Of a stretch of DNA of 64,000 nucleotides, positions 17,180 to 27,314 are shown in pieces. This DNA comes from Candidatus Omnitrophota bacterium. GTDB lineage: Bacteria > Omnitrophota > Gorgyraeia > Zapsychrales > Fredricksoniimonadaceae. Made by a program: the position numbers and the translations under genes. The stretch covers positions 9,249 through 73,248 of the forward strand of contig CAIUQE010000035.1 of the NCBI GenBank assembly GCA_903901225.1. The letters are read 5' to 3'. The notes below the pieces were generated by a model. That model was not told where the DNA came from, did not search any database, and saw only the letters and a list, made by a program, of their open reading frames with translations. The number at the start of each line of letters is the position of its first letter. The stretch's first letter is position 1.

Positions 17180-20100
17180 ATGAAGAAGACCTTTTATTTT
17201 CGATTTATTTCTGCCTGGATCCTTGTCAGTTTCCTGACAACCGGGGTGGTCCCGTCGGGCGCATACGCGCAGGCGTTGAACCTTCCGGCACCGGGGACCA
17301 TGGTATCCCTGACACCGGCCTATATGCCGATCCTCATGAAGGGTGTCCGGGTGCATCCCGAGAACCCTCTTTTGTTTGACTTTATCCTCGATAGCGGGAA
17401 ATCCGCCCTCAAGGCTGAAAGCCCTGAATTCAAGGCTGAATCCCAAAAACTCATCAAGTATTTCCTGGCGTCATTGACGATCAAGGAAGAAGACCTGTGG
17501 GTCAACTTGTCGCCTTACGAAAAAGACCGGATGATCACCGATGAGCTGGGCAAGACCGAACTGGGGCGTGACATGCTGGCGCAGGATTATATCCTCAAGC
17601 AGTTGACCGCTTCCCTTATATACCCCGAGAAGGATCTCGGCAAAGCATTCTGGGACAGGGTTTACTCCAAGGCGCGGGAACAATTTGGTAACACAGATAT
17701 CCCGGTCGACACCTTCAACAAAGTCTGGATCACAGCCGACAAGGCCAAGGTCCTCGAACGTAACAACGTAGCCTACGTCGTCGGCGCGCATCTGAAGGTG
17801 ATGCTGGATGTGGATTATACCGCTGCTATGCGGGCCGACACAAGGTCGGCCCCTACAACCAATAATGTTAGTGCGAAGGGCGTAGGGGAGGACCTTGTGT
17901 CCTCCCGCGATGAGATCGCCCGACAGGTCATCCGCGACGTCGTCATCCCCGAGATCGAAAAAGAAGTCAACGAAGGCCAAAACTTCGCCATGTTGCGCCA
18001 GATGTTCTATTCCATGATCCTCGCCTCCTGGTACAAGCTCGCGCTCAAGGATGCGCTGCTGAATCAGGTATATAGCAATCAAGCCAAGACCAGCGGGGTC
18101 CTGTCCGACGATCCGGCGGTCAAGGACAAGATCTATACGCAGTATCTGGAAGCCTACAAGAAGGGCGTGTTCAATTATATCAAGGAAGACATGGACGCTG
18201 TGAGTCAGCAGCCTGTGCCGCGGAAGTATTTTTCGGGTGGGCTCAATTTATTTCCCAAGGGATCTGAAACTGTTGAGTATGCGCAAGCGGCAACGCAGGA
18301 GCAGATAGCGAATATTACGTTTTCAAAATTATGGTCTATTTCCGTTCTGGTTACCCGAGAGCGGACGCCACCTTCTAAGGCAACAGAGACGGAGCCGACG
18401 ATCCTTTATGATCTGTGGGGAAGCATGGAAGTTACACCTGCAGTAGATCTCTATAAATTGGAAAGTTGGTGGATAGAAGGGGGAGAATATTGGAAGGCTT
18501 TCGTGAATCTCAAGAAAGCCCTCGATACAGATGCCAAATATACTCGTTTTGATGACATGGGCAAGGCGGAAAATTATATATCTGGAAAAAAATTTAAAGA
18601 AGCTGAAAAGATATTAAGGCAGGTCATATCAGCCAATCCGGAGTATTCATTGGCCTATGCCTATTTAGGGTTGGCCTTATGCGCGCAAGGCAATACTGAA
18701 GAGGCATACAAGAATAATATGAAAGCCGCGGAGCTGGATGCCATTAACAAGATCGAAATAAGAAAATTTCCGCAAAGGCCATTGTCGCGTGCGGCGAGAC
18801 TTGAAAGATATATGCAAATTTTCAGAAAATTTTTTCCTCAAAGAATGACGTATGAAGCTTTTGTGGATCGTGTTTGGGATGGCAGGATCAAGGAAAACCC
18901 CAGGATCAAGGTCCAAACTTATTCGGCGAATAAAGACAAAAAAAGTATTTATGTGGGGAAGTTGAATAAAATTGGCCCATACTTGGAGCTCTTTATTCAA
19001 CCTGAGGAAGGGGATGGGGTAAAAATAGATTCCTACAAAATTAAAAGGATCACTGTTTATCCCGATTTAGCTCAGGTGAAAGAGGCGTCTGACGCGGCGG
19101 AAAAGAGCTTATCTGTTGAAGAAATGATCTCATTGGGACAATTGCATGAACGCCAAGGTGATTTGGAAAGTGCGGAAAAATATTTTCGTGATGCTGTGAA
19201 AAAGAACGGCAATGATGCCAGGGCCCACGCGGTCCTTGGCGTGTTTTTGAGATCTGTGAATCGTCTGGATGAGGCCGTGCAAGAGTTGGAGATAGCTCAA
19301 AACTTGGATCATCAGTATTATCCTGAGTATTTTACCGTCGACGGAATCCAAAAGCTGATAGATGGATATGTAGTTGATGCCATTGAGGATTTTGAAGAGG
19401 CAGTGAAATCAGATGAAGAGATGGCATTGGCTTATGCGTGGTGGGGGATCGCCTTGAATGCCGCAGCAGATAAAAAAGCCAAAAGAGAGGGGGGGCAAGT
19501 CTCGGGATCTCAAAGAAGCGAGGCACTTGGTTATATAAAACACGCGTTGATATTGGATCCAGAAAACAAGGAGATCAAAAGACTTCTTGCCCTTCTTAAG
19601 CCATCCTTTTTATCAAAGGTGAGGTTCGCCAGGGATTTCACCGGGGAAACAATGAGCGCTGAACAGTTTAAAAAAGCGATTCTGACGGGGAAGATCCAGC
19701 CGGGGACCAGGATCAAGATCAAACGGGTCTTTGAAGAAGGGGTTTCCACGGGGATCACGGATAATGTCGTTTTTGGATATGTCGAGACAACGCCCCATAG
19801 CAGTACGCCTGACATTGTTTACAATCTCCCGTTATTTACAGGTGATGGAAAAATAGTGAGTCTTGATAAAATTGTTGAGGTTACTGTTTACGACGCGTCA
19901 ATGGAAACTATCACGGCGCCCGAAGGCCTGGAGAACTCAAATCAAACATTGACCATCAAGTCCGACGCGGCGGAAAAAATATCAGGGTCAATGCGTCAAA
20001 CGGATGCTGAAATTATGGCAGGCCTGGAAGAAATAATGGCTCTTCCTGATGCATCGAAAGAAGCCATGGAGCAAGTTTTGTCAGATTTTGCGCAGGGAAT

Positions 20101-21202
20101 TCCTCCCACAACGAATATATCTGATGTGCCGACAGATCAGGAATTGGAGGATTTGGTTTTCAAGGTTTCGGAATTTGCGACAAGTAACAGTGAATTTATT
20201 CAAGCGTTGCAAAGAGTAACGCCTGAGCAGATCGAGGAATTTGTCAGGATGGATTTGCGTTTTGACGAAGATAAGAAACCGGCACTCATTCAATTGATGC
20301 TGAAGATCAGGGAGCTCTCCAGTGATCACGTTCTTGCGGCTGGAAGGATGTTGGGGGAAAACCCAGAAGTATCAGCAAATTTTATTAAAACCGTTAATCA
20401 ATTGGTTTATATCTTTGAACAGGGAAAGCTTGGCGGGTTGGTCAAAGTGGACAAGGAAAGGCAAAGAAGGATACATCTGATAAAAGGCGCATTTGAATAT
20501 GTCCTGTTTTTTGCGATGGCTTTGGTTGGAGAGATGGGGGCAGAACAGCTTTCTGAAGTTCGTGGGAATTTGTCGAGGTTTTTTATGGTGGCGATAAGTA
20601 TAGCTTGGTTGATCAATAAATCGGGGATGGACATTTCAAATCCATTAGGAACAAAGTCACCTGCGTTGATCAAGCCGGTTTATTTCAATTCTATGTTGAA
20701 GGCGGATATGGTAAAGATGGCCGAGGATTTTTTGAAGGATAATAGATCGGTCAGGGCGGCCTCCGAAAATATCGCGTTATTGAAACTCAAGAAGCGGTTG
20801 ATGCTTTGGCTGAAGAACACCATGTTCATTGATAAAGATTCACGTAACACGGCCTTTAAGGGGATATCAACGTATATCCGTGTTGTTGAGGTGCAGAAGG
20901 GCTTGTACAAAGTAGAGCTTGATCCCGATGCCAAGATGGATGGCGCGCAAAAGGGCATGGACCAGGCGGAAAATGTTAAAGAACCTGAGCAGCATAGAGA
21001 TAATGCCGGAGTTACAAACGGCGGTATCGACCTCAACGCCAAAAAGATGGACCTGGACGTGGCCAGGGATGGCAAGGGTGTTGAGATGACATTTGACCCG
21101 GCCATGGTCGCGGAGTTCCGCAAGGGTAATTTTACGGGAGTTGAAGGGATCATCCTCAAGATCGTCCCGATCGAGAACCCCCAGGCGCTCCTGGGGCTGT
21201 AG
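17180..21202 (+). CDS. giant (1340 aa) secreted protein, paralogue B: conserved N-terminal domain, TPR repeats, conserved ~60 aa C-terminal tail; no ATPase domain
   Basis: GAGGA SD 8 nt upstream of the ATG at 17180. Signal peptide ending AYAQA. The N-terminal ~330 aa and C-terminal ~60 aa are homologous to the 2947 protein. The middle contains TPR-like repeats and is AT-rich. Confidence 0.75.
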   Translation: MKKTFYFRFISAWILVSFLTTGVVPSGAYAQALNLPAPGTMVSLTPAYMPILMKGVRVHPENPLLFDFILDSGKSALKAESPEFKAESQKLIKYFLASLTIKEEDLWVNLSPYEKDRMITDELGKTELGRDMLAQDYILKQLTASLIYPEKDLGKAFWDRVYSKAREQFGNTDIPVDTFNKVWITADKAKVLERNNVAYVVGAHLKVMLDVDYTAAMRADTRSAPTTNNVSAKGVGEDLVSSRDEIARQVIRDVVIPEIEKEVNEGQNFAMLRQMFYSMILASWYKLALKDALLNQVYSNQAKTSGVLSDDPAVKDKIYTQYLEAYKKGVFNYIKEDMDAVSQQPVPRKYFSGGLNLFPKGSETVEYAQAATQEQIANITFSKLWSISVLVTRERTPPSKATETEPTILYDLWGSMEVTPAVDLYKLESWWIEGGEYWKAFVNLKKALDTDAKYTRFDDMGKAENYISGKKFKEAEKILRQVISANPEYSLAYAYLGLALCAQGNTEEAYKNNMKAAELDAINKIEIRKFPQRPLSRAARLERYMQIFRKFFPQRMTYEAFVDRVWDGRIKENPRIKVQTYSANKDKKSIYVGKLNKIGPYLELFIQPEEGDGVKIDSYKIKRITVYPDLAQVKEASDAAEKSLSVEEMISLGQLHERQGDLESAEKYFRDAVKKNGNDARAHAVLGVFLRSVNRLDEAVQELEIAQNLDHQYYPEYFTVDGIQKLIDGYVVDAIEDFEEAVKSDEEMALAYAWWGIALNAAADKKAKREGGQVSGSQRSEALGYIKHALILDPENKEIKRLLALLKPSFLSKVRFARDFTGETMSAEQFKKAILTGKIQPGTRIKIKRVFEEGVSTGITDNVVFGYVETTPHSSTPDIVYNLPLFTGDGKIVSLDKIVEVTVYDASMETITAPEGLENSNQTLTIKSDAAEKISGSMRQTDAEIMAGLEEIMALPDASKEAMEQVLSDFAQGIPPTTNISDVPTDQELEDLVFKVSEFATSNSEFIQALQRVTPEQIEEFVRMDLRFDEDKKPALIQLMLKIRELSSDHVLAAGRMLGENPEVSANFIKTVNQLVYIFEQGKLGGLVKVDKERQRRIHLIKGAFEYVLFFAMALVGEMGAEQLSEVRGNLSRFFMVAISIAWLINKSGMDISNPLGTKSPALIKPVYFNSMLKADMVKMAEDFLKDNRSVRAASENIALLKLKKRLMLWLKNTMFIDKDSRNTAFKGISTYIRVVEVQKGLYKVELDPDAKMDGAQKGMDQAENVKEPEQHRDNAGVTNGGIDLNAKKMDLDVARDGKGVEMTFDPAMVAEFRKGNFTGVEGIILKIVPIENPQALLGL
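17832..17906. repeat. REPIN-like hairpin doublet, copy B, in frame inside CDS (GGGCCGAC-acaag-GTCGGCCC ...33 nt... GGGAGGAC-cttgt-GTCCTCCC)
   Basis: Same position in the protein alignment as copy A. It encodes RADTRSAPTT...VGEDLVSSR. Confidence 0.8.
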
Positions 21203-21219
21203 ACGGGAGTGAACCTGGG

Positions 21220-21921
21220 TTAACCCGCGGGTGGTCCTGAAAGGGCCTGCAACATGACAATGGTGTCTTCAATAAGCTGTTTTCTGGCCCATTGTTTTTG
21301 ATCTTCGTCCAGGGCGGTGCCCAATCCCTGCAAGATGTTCCTGGGCGTAAAAGTCTTCCTGATGAACTTGATCGTCATCTGGATCAATTCATCCGTCCCC
21401 TTGCCTGTCCGTTCACGGATCAGGTCAGAATCAGCGCGGAATCCTGACTTGAGGAAATACCAGATATCATACAGATCCCGGGCGACAGGTGTTTTACGGT
21501 CAGTCAAAGCCACCAGTTTATTCGTCAGAAGGGTGGTTTCCTCGGGGATAGTGAGGGAAACGCCCAGGAACAGGACAGGTTTGAATTTGTTAGCCGTCCA
21601 AAGCCTTTTGTTAAGCTCGATCTTGATGTTGGGATAACCCGCGCCGTAGTCAAGGACACCCAAAAGTGTAAAGTGTTTGTCTTGCCAGTCGAGGATGCGG
21701 CCCTCCCGGGCCAGGATGGAGCGTAAGCGCGCGACGTCATCATCGGAGAAAGGCTTGAGCATATCGAAATCCAGGTCAAAAGAGAAGCGGGGAAGGCCGT
21801 AGAAGAAGAGCGCGCACGTGCCGCCTTTAAAGGCGATCTTCCCGGGAAATGCTTTGGTAATGGACGTCAGCAAGCTTGTCAAATATCGGCGATGAAGCGC
21901 CTGGTCAAACTTGCGTTCCAT
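21220..21921 (-). CDS. AbiEii/AbiGii-family nucleotidyltransferase toxin (type IV TA / abortive infection)
   Basis: FKGGTCALFFYGLPRFSFDLDFDM nucleotidyltransferase motif. Convergent with giant gene B, with 17 bp between stops. Confidence 0.75.
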   Translation of the reverse strand: MERKFDQALHRRYLTSLLTSITKAFPGKIAFKGGTCALFFYGLPRFSFDLDFDMLKPFSDDDVARLRSILAREGRILDWQDKHFTLLGVLDYGAGYPNIKIELNKRLWTANKFKPVLFLGVSLTIPEETTLLTNKLVALTDRKTPVARDLYDIWYFLKSGFRADSDLIRERTGKGTDELIQMTIKFIRKTFTPRNILQGLGTALDEDQKQWARKQLIEDTIVMLQALSGPPAG

Positions 21922-22516
21922 AAAACTTACGCGCTTTCTTTTGCACGGTTAAAGGGAAAATACCACATAATTGTTTCAGATAGCTCCGGTCAAGGCGATC
22001 CGGAGTATCAATGTCAGGCATAAAACCGAAATACAATGAATCCAGGATGGCCCGTTCGGGGCAGGCGATAGAAACATTGTTTTTTGTGATGATCCCTTCC
22101 TGATGAAAAAACAATTCTTTCTTTATGGAGTAGTAGGCGTACGTGATGCTTTGGATCTTGCGCCGATAAGAGAGAAGGGCTACGGAATCAATGCTTTTGC
22201 GCTGCTGAAAATTGATCCCCGCGCTTGCCAAAGCGCTGTTAAAAGACACATACGAAGGCGTGATCACTAAATTAGCCAGCGCACGCGTGTCATAATTCTC
22301 GTCAATGGCATAATAGCCCTTGGCCAGCCTGAGGATCAGCTTCCGTTCCACCATGCGGGCGGCGCTGATCTTGGCGGTCAGCGCGCTGTCCTTCCAGAGT
22401 ACACGAAGATCCTGCGGACGGAAAACCGTTCGCCCGGAACTCATCAAAATTTTCAATCGCGTTGATGCATTCATATGCGATAGAAGTATACAACATTGTA
22501 TCCTTGGATGCAACAT
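21905..22516 (-). CDS. AbiEi-family antitoxin/transcriptional regulator (start may be the internal Met at 22474)
   Basis: N-terminal AbiEi-type winged helix (GRTVFRPQDL...RKLILRLAKGYYAI). Overlaps the toxin gene by 17 nt. Confidence 0.65.
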   Translation of the reverse strand: MLHPRIQCCILLSHMNASTRLKILMSSGRTVFRPQDLRVLWKDSALTAKISAARMVERKLILRLAKGYYAIDENYDTRALANLVITPSYVSFNSALASAGINFQQRKSIDSVALLSYRRKIQSITYAYYSIKKELFFHQEGIITKNNVSIACPERAILDSLYFGFMPDIDTPDRLDRSYLKQLCGIFPLTVQKKARKFYGTQV

Positions 22517-22591
22517 ATAGTCAAATAACTGTTATTTAATATTCAAAAGGGAACACTTTTCATTGAAAGATGTCATGCGTTAAACCTTTCC

Positions 22592-22619
22592 TTGTCAAAC
22601 ACGCTTTTTTTTGTATACT
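22592..22619 (+). promoter_or_regulatory. sigma70-like promoter TTGTCA-16-TATACT
   Basis: Lies 70 nt upstream of the DUF1015 gene. The spacer contains a T8 run. The region is also divergent to the abiEi start. Confidence 0.4.
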
Positions 22620-22689
22620 TATGTGATGTTTTGCAGTTCCATGGGAACGGTTTATCCATTAATCTCGTTAAATAAGGGGTCTTTTTCGG

Positions 22690-23952
22690 ATGTCAGTAAT
22701 AAAACCTTTCAACGGACTTGTTTACAATCCTTCTAAAATCGCGGATATGGGCAAGGTCGTATGCCCGCCCTACGATGTCATTTCTCCTGAACAGGAGATC
22801 GTCCTCAAGAAACGCAGCCCGTACAATTTTATCCATGTGATGCTGGCCAAGGTTGACGCCAAGCACGGGGAGGAGGATGCCCGCTACGCCAAGGCCGGTG
22901 ATACCTTCCGGCAATGGCTCAAGGACGGCATCCTTGTCCAGGATGATAAGCCCTGCATTTATTACACCAAGCAGGAATACAAGGTCATGGGCCAGCGTTA
23001 CAGCCGCATGGGGTTCCTGGCCGTCATGAAGATCGAGGACGAGAAGGCGAAGATCCACCCGCATGAAAAGACCCACGCCGGGGCCAAGGAAGACCGTTTC
23101 AAGCTCTGGTCTTCCCTCAAGGCTGCCTGCAGCCCGATCTTTGTTTGCTTTTCCGACCGCCAGAAGAAGGTCGAGGGCATTTTTCAGCGCAAGATCGCGG
23201 CCACGAAGCCTTTTGTCGATGTGATCGACGATGACGGCACGCGCAACCTGTGCTGGCGCCTGGATGATCCCATCCTCATCCAGGAGATCGTGGACACCTT
23301 TGACAACCAGAATTTGTTCATCGCGGACGGGCATCACCGCTATGAGGTGTCCCGCCGTTACCGTGAGACGATGCTGGCGGCGACGCCGGACGCGACCGGG
23401 GAAGAGCCCTGGAATTACGTGATGACCTATTTCACCAACATCGATTCCCGCGACCTGCAGATATTCCCGATCCACCGCATTGTCAGGAATTTTCCGAAGG
23501 ATATCAGCTTCCTTGAGGAGCTTTTCCGTATCGATACCATCAAAAAGCGCGAAGACCTTGTGGTGATGATCGCCAAGGCCGGGCGCAACGAGCATGCCTT
23601 CGGCCTTTATACCAAGAAAGGCCTCCAGCTGCTGCGCCTGAAGAACAAGAACCAGATCGACGCTTTCATCAAGGAAGGGTCGCAGGACTATCGTTCGCTG
23701 GATTCTTTGATCCTCAAGGCGTTCGTGTTCGACAAGCTGGGGATCAAGTCCGAGGACATCACCTATTGCAACAAGGACATGGATGAATGTTTCAGCACCG
23801 TCGACAATAACGAGAATGTCGCGGCGTTCATCCTCAACCCGGTGCGCATCGAGCAGCTGCGTTCCATTGCCTTGAATGGCGAAAAGATGCCGCCCAAGAC
23901 GACATATTTTTATCCCAAGGCCATTTCGGGCCTCACGATGTATAAACTCTAG
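22690..23952 (+). CDS. DUF1015-family protein
   Basis: Conserved ...FIADGHHRYE... motif and ~420 aa length. Confidence 0.7.
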   Translation: MSVIKPFNGLVYNPSKIADMGKVVCPPYDVISPEQEIVLKKRSPYNFIHVMLAKVDAKHGEEDARYAKAGDTFRQWLKDGILVQDDKPCIYYTKQEYKVMGQRYSRMGFLAVMKIEDEKAKIHPHEKTHAGAKEDRFKLWSSLKAACSPIFVCFSDRQKKVEGIFQRKIAATKPFVDVIDDDGTRNLCWRLDDPILIQEIVDTFDNQNLFIADGHHRYEVSRRYRETMLAATPDATGEEPWNYVMTYFTNIDSRDLQIFPIHRIVRNFPKDISFLEELFRIDTIKKREDLVVMIAKAGRNEHAFGLYTKKGLQLLRLKNKNQIDAFIKEGSQDYRSLDSLILKAFVFDKLGIKSEDITYCNKDMDECFSTVDNNENVAAFILNPVRIEQLRSIALNGEKMPPKTTYFYPKAISGLTMYKL

Positions 23953-23970
23953 TCCAACGGTCGAGGTGTC

Positions 23971-24834
23971 ATGAGCCTGTTCGGTAAAAGCAGAAATACA
24001 TTTGTCAGGGTCCCGAAGAAGAAGGTCATCCCTGACGGGGTCTGGATGAAATGCCCCGATTGCCAGCAGCCTTCCTATACCAAAGAGGTTGACGGGAACC
24101 TGAACGTGTGCCCCAAGTGCGGCTATCACATGACGCTGACCGCGCGCGGCAGGATCGAGCTTTTGGTTGATGCGGGGACATTCGTGGAAATGGACCCCGA
24201 CATGCTTTCGGCCGATCCGCTGGAGTTCAAGGGAGTTAAAACTTACAAGGACAAACTTGCCGGCGACCAGAAGCTGACGGGTCTCAAGGATGCCGCCATC
24301 ACGGGCCACGGGAAGATCAACGGCCACGCGGCCGCCCTCGCGGTCACGGATTCGCAGTTCATCATGGGGTCGATGGGGTCGGTGGTGGGCGAGAAGATCA
24401 CCCGCGTGATCGAATACGCGACGGCCAACGGCCTTCCCGTGATCATCGTGTCCGGGTCCGGCGGTGGCGCGCGCATGTACGAGGGGTGTATTTCGCTCAT
24501 GCAGATGGCCAAGACCTGCGCGGCGCTGTCGCGTCACGGGAAAAAAGGCTTCGTGTATATTTCGGTACTGACGAACCCGACCATGGGAGGTATCATGGCC
24601 TCGTTCGCGGGTGTTGGTGACATTATCATGGCCGAACCCAAGGCCCTCCTGGGTTTCGCCGGGCCGCGCGTCGTCGAGTCAACGGTACGTCAGAAACTTC
24701 CCAAGGGATTCCAGACATCGGAATTCATGCTGGCCCACGGCCTCCTGGACATGATCGTGCCGCGCAAGGAAATGAAGAGCTTGCTCGCGAAGCTCCTTGA
24801 ATATAACCATAAAACAACACGGAGGAACACGTAA
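23971..24834 (+). CDS. accD: acetyl-CoA carboxylase carboxyltransferase beta subunit
   Basis: N-terminal zinc ribbon CPDC...CPKCG followed by a carboxyltransferase domain. Confidence 0.9.
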   Translation: MSLFGKSRNTFVRVPKKKVIPDGVWMKCPDCQQPSYTKEVDGNLNVCPKCGYHMTLTARGRIELLVDAGTFVEMDPDMLSADPLEFKGVKTYKDKLAGDQKLTGLKDAAITGHGKINGHAAALAVTDSQFIMGSMGSVVGEKITRVIEYATANGLPVIIVSGSGGGARMYEGCISLMQMAKTCAALSRHGKKGFVYISVLTNPTMGGIMASFAGVGDIIMAEPKALLGFAGPRVVESTVRQKLPKGFQTSEFMLAHGLLDMIVPRKEMKSLLAKLLEYNHKTTRRNT

Positions 24835-26291
24835 TGGACCACCACCACGAGACAGCTCCCGGCGACCGCATTCCTTTTCTTCAGAAGGCTGTCTATGGTG
24901 TAGGTTCCTTCGTCAACCAGTTCCAGGCTGCCGCGATCGGCCAGCTGATCACCGTCCTCAATGTCGGGCTGGGCGTGAACCCCGCTTTGGTCGGATGGAT
25001 CGGCGCCATCCCCCGGTTCGTTGATGCTTTCTCAGACCCGCTCATCGGTTACACGTCCGACAACACGCGCACCCGTTACGGCCGCCGCCGCCCGTGGATC
25101 TTCTTCGGGGCCCTGGCCTCGGGGATCCTCCTGGCGTTGATGTTCCAGCTTTACAAAGGCCATAGCGAGCTTTTCTATTTCGGTTATGTCCTGGCGATCC
25201 AGCTCCTTTTTGTGATCGCGTTCGCCTGCTATTCGATCCCCTGGATCGCGTTGGGGTATGAGATGACGCCGGATTATCACGAGCGCACGCGCCTGCAGGC
25301 GTTTGCCAGCTTCTTTGCCCAGCCGGTGTGGATGATCGCGCCGTGGTTCTTTTCGGTCATGAGCAACAAGTCTTACTTCCCGGATATCGTGGCCGGTGCC
25401 CGCGTCCTGGCGATCATCGTCGGGGCTTTCATTTTGGTCGGCGGCATCCTTCCGGCGATCTTCAACAAGGAGATCTATGGCAACTTGCCCGTGCCCAAGA
25501 AAGAAAAAGGTTACGGCGGTGTCATCAAGGATCTCCTGGGCAATTGCGCGGCGTCTTTCAAGTGCCTTCCTTTTGTAAAACTTTGCGCGGTGACGTTCCT
25601 GATCTTTAACGGGTTCATGCTGGCCTCCTCCTTCACGTTCTACGTGATCTGCTTTTATGTTTATGGCGGTTCACAGCCTGACGGGGCCACGTCGGCCATG
25701 GATGTGATGTGGCACAGCGGCGGGACGCTGATCGGCCTGTTCGGCACTTTCAGTTCCGTGTGCGCGTTCGGCGCCATCTCTTTGACCGCCTGGATATCTT
25801 CAAAGATCGGTAAAAGAAAGGCGTTCCTGATCACCATGTCCCTGGCGGTCATTGGTTACGCGCTCAAATGGATCGGCTATGATCCCGCGCATCCGTACCT
25901 GCTGTTGATCGCGGCGCCGTTCTTGGCGTTCCACCTGGGTTCGCTGTTCACCATTGTTCCCTCCATGGTCGCGGATGTGTGCGACTACGATGAGTTGCAG
26001 TGCGGGACCCGCCGTGAAGGGATGTTCAGCGGCATTTACTGGTGGATCCAGAAGCTGGGCATGGCCGGGGCTTCCGTCATCGGCGGTTATCTTCTCAACT
26101 GGACCGGGTTCAACATTGCCCTGGGGGTCGGACAGGCATCGCAAACCCTGTTTTATATGCGCGTGTGCGATGTTGGCATCCCGATCGTGACCACATTGAT
26201 CGCGATTTATATTATCGCGACCTTTGAAGTTTCAGAAGACAAGGCGTATGATATTCGCAAGCAGCTGGAAGCCAAACGCGGAAAGAATTGA
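24834..26291 (+). CDS. MFS transporter, glycoside-pentoside-hexuronide (GPH) symporter family
   Basis: About 12 TM helices and the RYGRRRPW GPH-family motif. Confidence 0.7.
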   Translation: MDHHHETAPGDRIPFLQKAVYGVGSFVNQFQAAAIGQLITVLNVGLGVNPALVGWIGAIPRFVDAFSDPLIGYTSDNTRTRYGRRRPWIFFGALASGILLALMFQLYKGHSELFYFGYVLAIQLLFVIAFACYSIPWIALGYEMTPDYHERTRLQAFASFFAQPVWMIAPWFFSVMSNKSYFPDIVAGARVLAIIVGAFILVGGILPAIFNKEIYGNLPVPKKEKGYGGVIKDLLGNCAASFKCLPFVKLCAVTFLIFNGFMLASSFTFYVICFYVYGGSQPDGATSAMDVMWHSGGTLIGLFGTFSSVCAFGAISLTAWISSKIGKRKAFLITMSLAVIGYALKWIGYDPAHPYLLLIAAPFLAFHLGSLFTIVPSMVADVCDYDELQCGTRREGMFSGIYWWIQKLGMAGASVIGGYLLNWTGFNIALGVGQASQTLFYMRVCDVGIPIVTTLIAIYIIATFEVSEDKAYDIRKQLEAKRGKN

Positions 26292-26292
26292 C

Positions 26293-27264
26293 ATGGCATC
26301 GACGGATCTTCAGGAAAAGAGCATGGCGCAGCCACTGGATAACAAGAAGACAGGTTCCAAGCCGCTGATTATTTTCCCGTACATGGGGTATGAGAAAAAC
26401 AAGCAGTGCGAATGGTACTTCTGGTGGACGATCGATCGCTGCAAGAAGATCGACCCCAGGCCGCTTGTTGTGGTGCCGCGGGACACGGTCATCCGGGGGG
26501 ACGCGGCGTCATTCATCAAGGATGAAAGGTTCAAGACCCTCGAGGTCGTGCAGACCTGGTCCGTCGACTCCTGCCAGACATGGTTGTCGGGTTGGGGGCA
26601 TGTGCTGGACAATTATCCCGACGTCGACAGGATCGTGCAAATACCCGGCGATATCGATTTCGTCCTTGAAGATGTTGAATTTTATAACAATCTCAGCAAT
26701 TTTATTGAAACAACAAGTTCGGATATCGCGATCGGCGATTTCAGGACGGGTGACCAGTACAGCGCCAAAAGCCTTGTGGACACCTATGGCACGTATTCGC
26801 TCCTGGCGAACTGGTTCCCCGAGGTCTCGCGCAGCATCAGGTCCCTGCCGCTGAACCGGCCGCGGTCCGAGTTCCTTAACATCAAAACATCCGTATTGCG
26901 CGACCTGTTGATCAACCACAGGAATTTCGCCTACGAGCAGACCTTGAACTTCCTGATCAAGTGCTGGAATTATGACGAGGCCAAATGGCGGTATAATATT
27001 TCCATATCCCGCCTGGGGACCTTGTCGGACAACAAGTCTTTCAGGAATTACAGGGGCAGCATTGACCAGATCGAAAGGATCGACCGGATGTTGTCGCTGT
27101 TATGGCGCGAGATCAAGGCGCCCCAAAAGAAGGACAGTGTGAGCGACAAGCAATTTGAGGAACAATATACCGTATTCAGCAATGAATACGACAAGCTTTT
27201 CACCAAATCCAACGGCATCATGGACACGGCCAGGACGACGTTAAGGGCCCTTTTGGGCGTCTAG
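26293..27264 (+). CDS. hypothetical protein (start chosen after the MFS stop)
   Basis: ORF with an SD GGAAAG. No recognisable domain. Sits between sugar transporter genes. Confidence 0.4.
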   Translation: MASTDLQEKSMAQPLDNKKTGSKPLIIFPYMGYEKNKQCEWYFWWTIDRCKKIDPRPLVVVPRDTVIRGDAASFIKDERFKTLEVVQTWSVDSCQTWLSGWGHVLDNYPDVDRIVQIPGDIDFVLEDVEFYNNLSNFIETTSSDIAIGDFRTGDQYSAKSLVDTYGTYSLLANWFPEVSRSIRSLPLNRPRSEFLNIKTSVLRDLLINHRNFAYEQTLNFLIKCWNYDEAKWRYNISISRLGTLSDNKSFRNYRGSIDQIERIDRMLSLLWREIKAPQKKDSVSDKQFEEQYTVFSNEYDKLFTKSNGIMDTARTTLRALLGV

Positions 27265-27314
27265 CAGGATGCGTTAGAGGTTAACCCGGGCCCATTGTCA
27301 GTTCCAAAGGATCC

